From Hydrolagus colliei (Eukaryota), in assembly GCA_035084275.1 (NCBI GenBank), contig CM068767.1:8742001-8806000 (forward strand): a stretch of 64,000 nt of DNA, written 5' to 3'. Positions 51,101 to 64,000 of this stretch are shown here, piece by piece; the first letter of the stretch is position 1; the number at the start of each line of letters is the position of its first letter. Under the pieces are notes generated by a model. It saw only the letters and a program-made list of their open reading frames with translations, did not search any database and was not told where the DNA came from. The position numbers and the translations under genes were made by a program.

Positions 51101-54100
51101 CACTCCATCTCAGTCACACCTATCCAGCTCCGAAATGGAAACCTCTTCCATGCTGCAATCAACAGCATCTGTAGCAAGTACAGATGATCTGACACCCGTG
51201 GTTTCTGAGCGGATAGCAAGCTCTGATTCTACAATTTACTCCACAGTTGAGCCAACATCCGTTTCTGAGTTTTCATCAACAGAAGATTCTACTTCCACAC
51301 TACCATCCAACAGTCAAGAACCTCGCTCCTCATCCCATGTTGCAACAATCTCACCAACATATGTCACTCCTGAAGTAACATCACATTCAATGTTGATGTC
51401 AACAAAATCAAGTATCACTGAAGACAATCTATCAACGTCTTATTCTCATTCCACCGTTGAAATATCCAGTATCATTCCAAAGTCAACAATGCCACCTGAA
51501 GAATCGCCAACTAGCACAGTTACTCAGTCCACTCAAAGCATTGAAATCAGTTCTCGTGTAGCTCCTTCAACTGAGGAAAGCAGCTCATCTGAGTCACACG
51601 TAACCTCTCCTGCTGAAGAACCATCATCTTCCACTGAACCAACATCGCAAGTGACAACTATGATTACTGATGGTGCTCCTGTCTCTCAGGAAAGCAGCAG
51701 CTTTGCTTCCTCCTCAAGATCTCAAACAACTCAGTCATCGACTCCCTCTGACACTTCCTCACAGTTGCTTCCAATTTCTGAAATTGCGTCCACACATCTC
51801 TCAACTGGTGACACATCATTTAGCCCTACAAAATCCTCATCTGATGCTTCTACAGACACAGGTGAACCACAAACGCTCTCCACATGGTCAACTGCAGTTG
51901 ATAATGAACCTTCCACAAGCTCAATACCTCTTTCCACATCACAAGCATCATACGTCACAACAGAATCAACATTCTCTCCGGAAGAGCCAACCACAGCAAT
52001 CACTCCAACTGTATCTGTTTCAAAAACACAAACATCCCCCTTCACAAGTTCTGTGTCATACCCATCACAGTCACATGCCACCCCTTTGTCAATGGAAACT
52101 TCTGCTTCATCAAACGTAACGTCGGCTGAAACCGCTCAAACTGCTCACAGTGTTCCCTCATCTCCAGAGACCTCAACTTCTTTACCTCCCTCTACAATGG
52201 AGTTATCATCGCTGGTAGAAACTTCATTCCAAAGTCTCAATACGATGTCAGACATCACTTCCATACAAGAATCCAGTCATTCATTATATTTGACATCAGG
52301 ATCCTCATTGCCACCGAAAACAGAGACAACACCAGAAGCTGTCTCCACAACTCTTTCATCCATTGCCACGAAAGAGTCTGTCACTGAGCAGGTTTCACAA
52401 TCATCCTTCGACGTGTCCAGTGACACACTGAAAACATCAGTTGGATCAGATACAACAATAATAACACCAATCACTTCTTTCTCTATGCACACAGAAACAA
52501 GCTCTACCAATCTTCCAGGGCTATCAGAGCAGACCATCACTCCATTTGAGTCACACCTATCTAGCTCTGAAATGGAAACCTCTTCCATGCTGCAATCAAC
52601 AGCATCTGTAGCAAGTACAGATGATCTGACACGCGTGGTTTCTGAGCGGATAGCAAGCTCTGATTCTACAATTTACTCCACAGTTGAGACAACATCCGTT
52701 TCTGAGTTTTCATCTGCAGAAGATTCTACTTCCACACTACCATCCAACAGTCAAGAACCTCGCTCCTCATCCCACGTTGCAACAATCTCAACAACATTTG
52801 TCACTCCTGAAGTAACATCACATTCAATGTTGATGTCAACAAAATCAAGCATCACTGAAGACAATCGATCAACGTCTTCTTCTCATTCCACCGTTGAAAT
52901 ATCCAGTATCATTCCAAAGTCAACCATGCTACCTGAAGAATCGCCGACTAGCACAGTTACTCAGTCCACTCAAAGCATTGAAATCAGTTCTCGTGTAGCT
53001 CCTTCAACTGAGGAAAGCAGCTCATCTGAGTCACACGTAACCTCTCCTGCTGAAGAACCATCATCTTCCACTGAACCAACATCGCAAGTGACAACTATGA
53101 TTACTGATGGTGCTCCTGTCTCTCAGGAAAGCAGCAGCTTTGCTTCCTCCTCAAGATCTCAAACAACTCAGTCATCGACTCCCTCTGACACTTCCTCACA
53201 GTTGCTTCCAATTTCTGAAATTGCGTCCACACATCTCTCAACTGGTGACACATCATTTAGCCCAACAAAATCCTCATCTGATGCTTCTACAGACACAGGT
53301 GAACCACAAACGCTCTCCACATGGTCAACTGCAGTTCATAATGAACCTTCCACAAGCTCAATACCTCTTTCCACATCACAAGCATCATACCTCACAACAG
53401 AATCAACATTCTCCCCGGAAGAGCCAACCACAGCAATCACTCCAACTGTACCTATTTCAAAAACACAAACATCCCCCTTCACAAGTTCTGTGTCATACCC
53501 ATCACAGTCACATGCCACCCCTTTGTCAATGGAAACTTCTGCTTCATCAAAAGTAACGTCGGATGAAACCGCTCAAACTGCTCACAGTGTTCCCTCATCT
53601 CCAGAGACCTCAACTTCTTTACCTCCCTCTACAATGGAGTTATCACCGCTGGTAGAAACTTCATTCCAAAGTCTCAATACGATGTCAGACATCAGTTCCA
53701 TACAAGAATCCAGTCATTCATTATATTTGACATCAGGATCCTCATTGCCCCCGAAAACTGAGACAACACCAGAAGCTGTCTTGACAACTCTTTCATCCAT
53801 TGCCACGAAAGAGTCTGCCACTGAGCAGGTTTCACAATCTACCTTCGACGTGTCCAGTGACACACTGAAAACATCAGTTGGATCAGATACAACAATAACA
53901 CCAATCACTTCTTTCTCTATGCACACAGAAACAAGCTCTACCAATCTTCCAGGGTTATCAGAGCAGACCATCACTCCATTTGAGTCACACCTATCTAGCT
54001 CTGAAATGGAAACCTCTTCCATGCTGCAATCAACAGCATCTGTAGCAAGTACAGATGATCTGACACGCGTGGTTTCTGAGCGGATAGCAAGCTCTGATTC

Positions 54101-57100
54101 TACAATTTACTCCACAGTTGAGACAACATCCGTTTCTGAGTTTTCATCTGCAGAAGATTCTACTTCCACACTACCATCCAACAGTCAAGAACCTCGCTCC
54201 TCATCCCACGTTGCAACAATCTCAACAACATTTGTCACTCCTGAAGTAACATCACATTCAATGTTGATGTTAACAAAATCAAGTATCACTGAAGACAATC
54301 TATCAACGTCTTCTTCTCATTCCACCGTTGAAATATCCAGTATCATTCCAAAGTCAACCATGCTACCTGAAGAATCGCCAACTAGCACAGTTACTCAGTC
54401 CACTCAAAGCATTGAAATCAGTTCTCGTGTAGCTCCTTCAACTGAGGAAAGCAGCTCATCTGAGTCACACGTAACCTCTCCTACTGAAGAACCACCATCT
54501 TCCACTGAACCAACATCGCAAGTGACAACTATGATTACTGATGGTGCTCCTGTCTCTCAGGAAAGCAGCAGCTTTGCTTCCTCCTCAAGATCTCAAACAA
54601 CTCAGTCATCGACTCCCTCTGACACTTCCTCACAGTTGCTTCCAATTTCTGAAATTGCGTCCACACATCTCTCAGCTGGTGGCACATCATTTAGCCCTAC
54701 AAAATCCTCATCTGATGCTTCTACAGACACAGGTGAACCACAAACCCTCTCCACATGGTCAACTGCAGTTGATAATGAACCTTCCACAAGCTCAATACCT
54801 CTTTCCACATCACAAGCATCATACCTCACAACAGAATCAACATTCTCCCCGGAAGAGCCAACCACAGCAATCACTCCAACTGTACCTATTTCAAAAACAC
54901 AAACATCCCCCTTCACAAGTTCTGTGTCATACCCATCACAGTCACATGCCACCCCTTTGTCAATGGAAACTTCTGCTTCATCAAAAGTAACGTCGGATGA
55001 AACAGCTCAAACTGCTCACAGTGTTCCCTCATCTCCAGAGACCTCAACTTCTTTACCTCCCTCTACAATGGAGTTATCACCGCTGGTAGAAACTTCATTC
55101 CAAAGTCTCAATACGATGTCAGACATCAGTTCCATACAAGAATCCAGTCATTCATTATATTTGACATCAGGATCCTCATTGCCCCCGAAAACTGAGACAA
55201 CACCAGAAGCTGTCTCGACAACTCTTTCATCCATTGCCACGAAAGAGTCTGCCACTGAGCAGGTTTCACAATCTACCTTCGACCTGTCCAGTGACACACT
55301 GAAAACATCAGTTGGATCAGATACAACAATAACACCAATCACTTCTTTCTCTATGCACACAGAAACAAGCTCTACCAATCTTCCAGGGCTATCAGAGCAG
55401 ACCATCACTCCATTTGAGTCACACCTATCTAGCTCTGAAATGGAAACCTCTTCCATGCTGCAATCAACAGCCTCTGTAGCAAGTACAGATGATCTGACAC
55501 GCGTGGTTTCTGAGCGGATAGCAAGCTCTGATTCTACAATTTACTCCACAGTTGAGACAACATCCGTTTCTGAGTTTTCATCTGCAGAAGATTCTACTTC
55601 CACACTACCATCCAACAGTCAAGAACCTCGCTCCTCATCCCACGTTGCAACAATCTCAACAACATTTGTCACTCCTGAAGTAACATCACATTCAATGTTG
55701 ATGTCAACAAAATCAAGCATCACTGAAGACAATCGATCAACGTCTTCTTCTCATTCCACCGTTGAAATATCCAGTATCATTCCAAAGTCAACCATGCTAC
55801 CTGAAGAATCGCCGACTAGCACAGTTACTCAGTCCACTGAAAGCATTGAAATCAGTTCTCGTGTAGCTCCTTCAACTGAGGAAAGCAGCTCATCTGAGTC
55901 ACACGTAACCTCTCCTGCTGAAGAACCATCATCTTCCACTGAACCAACATCGCAAGTGACAACTATGATTACTGATGGTGCTCCTGTCTCTCAGGAAAGC
56001 AGCAGCTTTGCTTCCTCCTCAAGATCTCAAACAACTCAGTCATCGACTCCCTCTGACACTTCCTCACAGTTGCTTCCAATTTCTGAAATTGTGTCCACAC
56101 ATCTCTCAACTGGTGGCACATCATTTAGCCCTACAAAATCCTCATCTGATGCTTCTACAGACACAGGTGAACCACAAACCCTCTCCACATGGTCAACTGC
56201 AGTTGATAATGAACCTTCCACAAGCTCAATACCTCTTTCCACATCACAAGCATCATACCTCACAACAGAATCAACATTCTCCCCGGAAGAGCCAACCACA
56301 GCAATCACTCCAACTGTACCTATTTCAAAAACACAAACATCCCCCTTCACAAGTTCTGTGTCATCCCCATCACAGTCACATGCCACCCCTTTGTCAATGG
56401 AAACTTCTGCTTCATCAAAAGTAACGTCGGATGAAACCGCTCAAACTGCTCACAGTGTTCCCTCATCTCCAGAGACCTCAACTTCTTTACCTCCCTCTAC
56501 AATGGAGTTATCAACGCTGGTAGAAACTTCATTCGAAAGTCTCAATACTATGTCAGACATCACTTCCACACAAGCATCCAGTCATTCATCATATTTGACA
56601 TCAGGATCCTCATTGCCCCCGAAAACTGAGGCAACACCAGAAGCTGTCTCAACAACTCTTTCATCCATTTCCACGAAAGAGTCTGCCACTGAGCAGGTTT
56701 CACAATCTACCTTCGACGTGTCCAGTGACACACTGAAAACATCAGTTGAATCAGATACAACAACAATAACACCAATCACTTCTTTCTCTATGCACACAGA
56801 AACAAGCTCTACCAATCTTCCAGGGCTATCAGAGCAGACCATCACTCCATCTCAGTCACACCTATCCAGCTCCGAAATGGAAACCTCTTCCATGCTGCAA
56901 TCAACAGCATCTGTAGCAAGTACAGATGATCTGACACCCGTGGTTTCTGAGCGGATAGCAAGCTCTGATTCTACAATTTACTCCACAGTTGAGCCAACAT
57001 CCGTTTCTGAGTTTTCATCAACAGAAGATTCTACTTCCACACTACCATCCAACAGTCAAGAACCTCGCTCCTCATCCCACGTTGCAACAATCTCAACAAC

Positions 57101-60100
57101 ATTTGTCACTCCTGAAGTAACATCACATTCAATGTTGATGTCAACAAAATCAAGCATCACTGAAGACAATCGATCAACGTCTTCTTCTCATTCCACCGTT
57201 GAAATATCCAGTATCATTCCAAAGTCAACCATGCTACCTGAAGAATCGCCGACTAGCACAGTTACTCAGTCCACTCAAAGCATTGAAATCAGTTCTCGTG
57301 TAGCTCCTTCAACTGAGGAAAGCAGCTCATCTGAGTCACACGTAACCTCTCCTGCTGAAGAACCATCATCTTCCACTGAACCAACATCGCAAGTGACAAC
57401 TATGATTACTGATGGTGCTCCTGTCTCTCAGGAAAGCAGCAGCTTTGCTTCCTCCTCAAGATCTCAAACAACTCAGTCATCGACTCCCTCTGACACTTCC
57501 TCACAGTTGCTTCCAATTTCTGAAATTGCGTCCACACATCTCTCAACTGTTGGCACATCATTTAGCCCTGCAGAATCTTCATCTGATGCTTCTACAGACA
57601 CAGGTGAACCACAAACCCTCTCCACATGGTCAACTGCAGTTGATAATGAACCTTCCACACGCTCAATACCTCTTTCCACATCACAAGCATCATACCTCAC
57701 AACAGAATCAACATTCTCCCCGGAAGAGCCAACCACAGCAATCACTCCAACTGTACCTATTTCAAAAACACAAACATCCCCCTTCACAAGTTCTGTGTCA
57801 TACCCATCACAGTCACATGCCACCCCTTTGTCAATGGAAACTTCTGCTTCATCAAAAGTAACGTCGGATGAAACCGCTCAAACTGCTCACAGTGTTCCCT
57901 CATCTCCAGAGACCTCAACTTCTTTACCTCCCTCTTCAATGGAGTTATCAACGCTGGTAGAAACTTCATTCGAAAGTCTCAATACTATGTCAGACATCAC
58001 TTTCACACAAGAATCCAGTCATTCATCATATTTGACATCAGGATCCGCATTGCCCCCGAAAACTGAGGCAACACCAGAAGCTGTCTCAACAACTCATTCA
58101 TCCATTTCCACGAAAGAGTCTGCCACTGAGCAGGTTTCACAATCTACCTTCGACGTGTCCAGTGACACACTGAAAACATCAGTTGGATCAGATACAACAA
58201 CAATAACAACAATCACTTCTTTCTCTATGCACACAGAAACAAGCTCTACCAATCTTCCAGGGCTATCAGAGCAGACCATCACTCCATCTCAGTCACACCT
58301 ATCCAGCTCCAAAATGGAAACCTCTTCCATGCTGCAATCAACAGCATCTGTAGCAAGTACAGATGATCTGACACCCGTGGTTTCTGAGCGGATAGCAAGC
58401 TCTGATTCTACAATTTACTCCACAGTTCAGCCAACATCCGTTTCTGAGTTTTCATCAACAGAAGATTCTACTTCCACACTACCATCCAACAGTCAAGAAC
58501 CTCGCTCCTCATCCCATGTTGCAACAATCTCACCAACATATGTCACTCCTGAAGTAACATCACATTCAATGTTGATGTCAACAAAATCAAGTATCACTGA
58601 AGACAATCGATCAACGTCTTCTTCTCATTCCACCGTTGAAATATCCAGTATCATTCCAAAGTCAACAATGCCACCTGAAGAATCGCCAACTAGCACAGTT
58701 ACTCAGTCCACTCAAAGCATTGAAATCAGTTCTCGTGTAGCTCCTTCAACTGAGGAAAGCAGCTCATCTGAGTCACACGTAACCTCTCCTGCTGAAGAAC
58801 CATCATCTTCCACTGAACCAACATCGCAAGTGACAACTATGATTACTGATGGTGCTCCTGTCTCTCAGGAAAGCAGCAGCTTTGCTTCCTCCTCAAGATC
58901 TCAAACAACTCAGTCATCGACTCCCTCTGACACTTCCTCACAGTTGCTTCCAATTTCTGAAATTGCGTCCACACATCTCTCAACTGGTGGCACATCATTT
59001 AGCCCTACAAAATCCTCATCTGATGCTTCTACAGACACAGGTGAACCACAAACCCTCTCCACATGGTCAACTGCAGTTGATAATGAACCTTCCACAAGCT
59101 CAATACCTCTTTCCACATCACAAGCATCATACCTCACAACAGAATCAACATTCTCCCCAGAAGAGCCAACCACAGCAATCACTCCAACTGTACCTATTTC
59201 AAAAACACAAACATCCCCCTTCACAAGTTCTGTGTCATACCCATCACAGTCACATGCCACCCCTTTGTCAATGGAAACTTCTGCTTCATCAAAAGTAACG
59301 TCGGATGAAACCGCTCAAACTGCTCACAGTGTTCCCTCATCTCCAGAGACCTCAACTTCTTTACCTCCCTCTACAATGGAGTTATCACCGCTGGTAGAAA
59401 CTTCATTCCAAAGTCTCAATACTATGTCAGACATCACTTCCACACAAGAATCCAGTCATTCATTATATTTGACATCAGGATCCTCATTGCCCCCGAAAAC
59501 TGAGACAACACCAGAAGCTGTCTCGACAACTCTTTCATCCATTGCCACGAAAGAGTCTGCCACTGAGCAGGTTTCACAATCTACCTTCGACCTGTCCAGT
59601 GACACACTGAAAACATCAGTTGGATCAGATACAACAATAACACCAATCACTTCTTTCTCTATGCACACAGAAACAAGCTCTACCAATCTTCCAGGGCTAT
59701 CAGAGCAGACCATCACTCCATTTGAGTCACACCTATCTAGCTCTGAAATGGAAACCTCTTCCATGCTGCAATCAACAGCATCTGTAGCAAGTACAGATGA
59801 TCTGACACGCGTGGTTTCTGAGCGGATAGCAAGCTCTGATTCTACAATTTACTCCACAGTTGAGACAACATCCGTTTCTGAGTTTTCATCTGCAGAAGAT
59901 TCTACTTCCACACTACCATCCAACAGTCAAGAACCTCGCTCCTCATCCCACGTTGCAACAATCTCAACAACATTTGTCACTCCTGAAGTAACATCACATT
60001 CAATGTTGATGTCAACAAAATCAAGCATCACTGAAGACAATCGATCAACGTCTTCTTCTCATTCCACCGTTGAAATATCCAGTATCATTCCAAAGTCAAC

Positions 60101-63100
60101 CATGCTACCTGAAGAATCGCCGACTAGCACAGTTACTCAGTCCACTCAAAGCATTGAAATCAGTTCTCGTGTAGCTCCTTCAACTGAGGAAAGCAGCTCA
60201 TCTGAGTCACACGTAACCTCTCCTGCTGAAGAACCATCATCTTCCACTGAACCAACATCGCAAGTGACAACTATGATTACTGATGGTGCTCCTGTCTCTC
60301 AGGAAAGCAGCAGCTTTGCTTCCTCCTCAAGATCTCAAACAACTCAGTCATCGACTCCCTCTGACACTTCCTCACAGTTGCTTCCAATTTCTGAAATTGC
60401 GTCCACACATCTCTCAACTGGTGGCACATCATTTAGCCCTACAAAATCCTCATCTGATGCTTCTACAGACACAGGTGAACTACAAACCCTCTCCACATGG
60501 TCAACTGCAGTTGATAATGAACCTTCCACAAGCTCAATACCTCTTTCCACATCACAAGCATCATACCTCACAACAGAATCAACATTCTCCCCGGAAGAGC
60601 CAACCACAGCAATCACTCCAACTGTACCTATTTCAAAAACACAAACATCCCCCTTCACAAGTTCTGTGTCATACCCATCACAGTCACATGCCACCCCTTT
60701 GTCAATGGAAACTTCTGCTTCATCAAAAGTAACGTCGGATGAAACCGCTCAAACTGCTCACAGTGTTCCCTCATCTCCAGAGACCTCAACTTCTTTACCT
60801 CCCTCTACAATGGATTTATCAACGCTGGTAGAAACTTCATTCGAAAGTCTCAATACTATGTCAGACATCACTTCCACACAAGAATCCAGTCATTCATCAT
60901 ATTTGACATCAGGATCCTCATTGCCCCCGAAAACTGAGGCAACACCAGAAGCTGTCTCAACAACTCTTTCATCCATTTCCACGAAAGAGTCTGCCACTGA
61001 GCAGGTTTCACAATCTACCTTCGACGTGTCCAGTGACACACTGAAAACATCAGTTGGATCAGATACAACAACAATAACAACAATCACTTCTTTCTCTATG
61101 CACACAGAAACAAGCTCTACCAATCTTCCAGGGCTATCAGAGCAGACCATCACTCCATCTGAGTCACACCTATCCAGCTCCGAAATGGAAACCTCTTCCA
61201 TGCTGCAATCAACAGCATCTGTAGCAAGTACAGATGATCTGACACCCGTGGTTTCTGAGCGGATAGCAAGCTCTGATTCTACAATTTACTCCACAGTTGA
61301 GCCAACATCCGTTTCTGAGTTTTCATCAACAGAAGATTCTACTTCCACACTACCATCCAACAGTCAAGAACCTCGCTCCTCATCCCATGTTGCAACAATC
61401 TCACCAACATATGTCACTCCTGAAGTAACATCACATTCAATGTTGATGTCAACAAAATCAAGTATCACTGAAGACAATCTATCAACGTCTTATTCTCATT
61501 CCACCGTTGAAATATCCAGTATCATTCCAAAGTCAACAATGCCACCTGAAGAATCGCCAACTAGCACAGTTACTCAGTCCACTCAAAGCATTGAAATCAG
61601 TTCTCGTGTAGCTCCTTCAACTGAGGAAAGCAGCTCATCTGAGTCACACGTAACCTCTCCTGCTGAAGAACCATCATCTTCCACTGAACCAACATCGCAA
61701 GTGACAACTATGATTACTGATGGTGCTCCTGTCTCTCAGGAAAGCAGCAGCTTTGCTTCCTCCTCAAGATCTCAAACAACTCAGTCATCGACTCCCTCTG
61801 ACACTTCCTCACAGTTGCTTCCAATTTCTGAAATTGCGTCCACACATCTCTCAACTGGTGACACATCATTTAGCCCTACAAAATCCTCATCTGATGCTTC
61901 TACAGACACAGGTGAACCACAAACGCTCTCCACATGGTCAACTGCAGTTGATAATGAACCTTCCACAAGCTCAATACCTCTTTCCACATCACAAGCATCA
62001 TACGTCACAACAGAATCAACATTCTCTCCGGAAGAGCCAACCACAGCAATCACTCCAACTGTATCTGTTTCAAAAACACAAACATCCCCCTTCACAAGTT
62101 CTGTGTCATACCCATCACAGTCACATGCCACCCCTTTGTCAATGGAAACTTCTGCTTCATCAAACGTAACGTCGGATGAAACCGCTCAAACTGCTCACAG
62201 TGTTCCCTCATCTCCAGAGACCTCAACTTCTTTACCTCCCTCTACAATGGAGTTATCATCGCTGGTAGAAACTTCATTCCAAAGTCTCAATACGATGTCA
62301 GACATCACTTCCATACAAGAATCCAGTCATTCATTATATTTGACATCAGGATCCTCATTGCCACCGAAAACAGAGACAACACCAGAAGCTGTCTCCACAA
62401 CTCTTTCATCCATTGCCACGAAAGAGTCTGTCACTGAGCAGGTTTCACAATCTGCCTTCGACGTGTCCAGTGACACACTGAAAACATCAGTTGGATCAGA
62501 TACAACAACAATAACAACAATCACTTCTTTCTCTATGCACACAGAAACAAGCTCTACCAATCTTCCAGGGCTATCAGAGCAGACCATCACTCCATCTGAG
62601 TCACACCTATCCAGCTCCGAAATGGAAACCTCTTCCATGCTGCAATCAACAGCATCTGTAGCAAGTACAGATGATCTGACACCCGTGGTTTCTGAGCGGA
62701 TAGCAAGCTCTGATTCTACAATTTACTCCACAGTTGAGCCAACATCCGTTTCTGAGTTTTCATCAACAGAAGATTCTACTTCCACACTACCATCCAACAG
62801 TCAAGAACCTCGCTCCTCATCCCATGTTGCAACAATCTCACCAACATATGTCACTCCTGAAGTAACATCACATTCAATGTTGATGTCAACAAAATCAAGT
62901 ATCACTGAAGACAATCTATCAACGTCTTATTCTCATTCCACCGTTGAAATATCCAGTATCATTCCAAAGTCAACAATGCCACCTGAAGAATCGCCAACTA
63001 GCACAGTTACTCAGTCCACTCAAAGCATTGAAATCAGTTCTCGTGTAGCTCCTTCAACTGAGGAAAGCAGCTCATCTGAGTCACACGTAACCTCTCCTGC

Positions 63101-64000
63101 TGAAGAACCATCATCTTCCACTGAACCAACATCGCAAGTGACAACTATGATTACTGATGGTGCTCCTGTCTCTCAGGAAAGCAGCAGCTTTGCTTCCTCC
63201 TCAAGATCTCAAACAACTCAGTCATCGACTCCCTCTGACACTTCCTCACAGTTGCTTCCAATTTCTGAAATTGCGTCCACACATCTCTCAACTGGTGACA
63301 CATCATTTAGCCCTACAAAATCCTCATCTGATGCTTCTACAGACACAGGTGAACCACAAACGCTCTCCACATGGTCAACTGCAGTTGATAATGAACCTTC
63401 CACAAGCTCAATACCTCTTTCCACATCACAAGCATCATACGTCACAACAGAATCAACATTCTCTCCGGAAGAGCCAACCACAGCAATCACTCCAACTGTA
63501 TCTGTTTCAAAAACACAAACATCCCCCTTCACAAGTTCTGTGTCATACCCATCACAGTCACATGCCACCCCTTTGTCAATGGAAACTTCTGCTTCATCAA
63601 ACGTAACGTCGGATGAAACCGCTCAAACTGCTCACAGTGTTCCCTCATCTCCAGAGACCTCAACTTCTTTACCTCCCTCTACAATGGAGTTATCATCGCT
63701 GGTAGAAACTTCATTCCAAAGTCTCAATACGATGTCAGACATCACTTCCATACAAGAATCCAGTCATTCATTATATTTGACATCAGGATCCTCATTGCCA
63801 CCGAAAACAGAGACAACACCAGAAGCTGTCTCCACAACTCTTTCATCCATTGCCACGAAAGAGTCTGTCACTGAGCAGGTTTCACAATCATCCTTCGACG
63901 TGTCCAGTGACACACTGAAAACATCAGTTGGATCAGATACAACAATAATAACACCAATCACTTCTTTCTCTATGCACACAGAAACAAGCTCTACCAATCT
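24160..64000 (+). CDS. Giant PTS (Pro/Thr/Ser-rich) mucin-type exon, open to the window end (partial)
   Basis: Acceptor ttattttattctacag|GA; codons start at positions divisible by 3: (G)DSTTIFYPQTSQKESATQKATSNAIQRRNQSSNIPASFFPISTPTTPSEV-SSSSESPVTSPAEEPSSSTEPTSQVTTMITDSAPVSQESS... I translated unit 1 fully and found no stop. The ORF track lists no stop-terminated ORF in this frame despite in-frame ATGs (e.g. 24393), and all unit lengths are multiples of 3. Confidence 0.9.
24312..64000 (+). repeat. Coding tandem array: 27 complete plus ~0.65 units of 1431-1437 bp (477-479 aa)
   Basis: Equivalent positions recur at 24406, 25843, 27274, 28705, 30136, 31573, 33010, 34441, 35878 ... 61723, 63160; spacings are only 1431, 1434 or 1437; units differ by scattered substitutions. 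Confidence 0.98.

Noticed and set aside
24323-63090. AP-1 motif TGAGTCA once or twice per unit as an enhancer array
   Set aside because: Explained by Ser/Phe-Glu-Ser codons and amplification; no independent evidence of function.
24406-63606. Repeated ~148-149 aa His/Gln/Leu-rich ORFs (MLLSLRKAVALL...) as a tandem gene family
   Set aside because: They are the +1 frame of the PTS exon; several begin at GTG and one is broken by a stop (31573-31761).
24464-63997. Repeated minus-strand Val/Asp/Glu/Cys-rich ORFs (MACDCDGY..., MEEVSISE...)
   Set aside because: Antisense shadows of Ser/Thr codons (ACA, TCA read as TGT, TGA etc.); truncated by stops in several units.
24312-64000. Array as non-coding satellite DNA, CRISPR array or tandem transposon
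   Set aside because: It has a continuous open frame entered through a splice acceptor and a unique in-frame leader; there are no repeat-spacer structure, TIRs, LTRs or RT/transposase motifs.
18833-64000. Assigning a specific gene symbol (muc16, muc17, muc4, heg1)
   Set aside because: PTS sequence is not diagnostic and the identifying C-terminal domains are outside the window.

Overview
Vertebrate genomic DNA, probably a cartilaginous fish or chimaera (inferred only from the repeat families: tRNA-derived SINEs with L2-type tails, L2 and CR1 LINE fragments, a shark-type short repeat). Positions 1-24 kb are repeat-rich and contain a complete mrps16 gene: CpG-rich promoter at ~7.9-8.2 kb and three coding exons at 9723-11704 giving 135 aa. 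From ~18.8 kb a second + strand gene begins: a signal-peptide-like exon (18833-18944), a possible small Cys-containing exon (22352-22429), then one uninterrupted reading frame from 24160 to beyond the window end (>39.8 kb, ~13,280 codons). The supplied ORF track does not list this frame, apparently because it has no stop in the window. It encodes a Ser/Thr/Pro/Glu-rich, Cys-free mucin-type (PTS) domain made of 27 complete plus 1 partial tandem copies of a very long 477-479 aa unit (1431/1434/1437 bp). All unit-length differences are multiples of 3, the array shows higher-order block duplications, and a near-consensus splice donor sits exactly at its 5' edge. The C-terminal domains that would name the gene lie outside the window.
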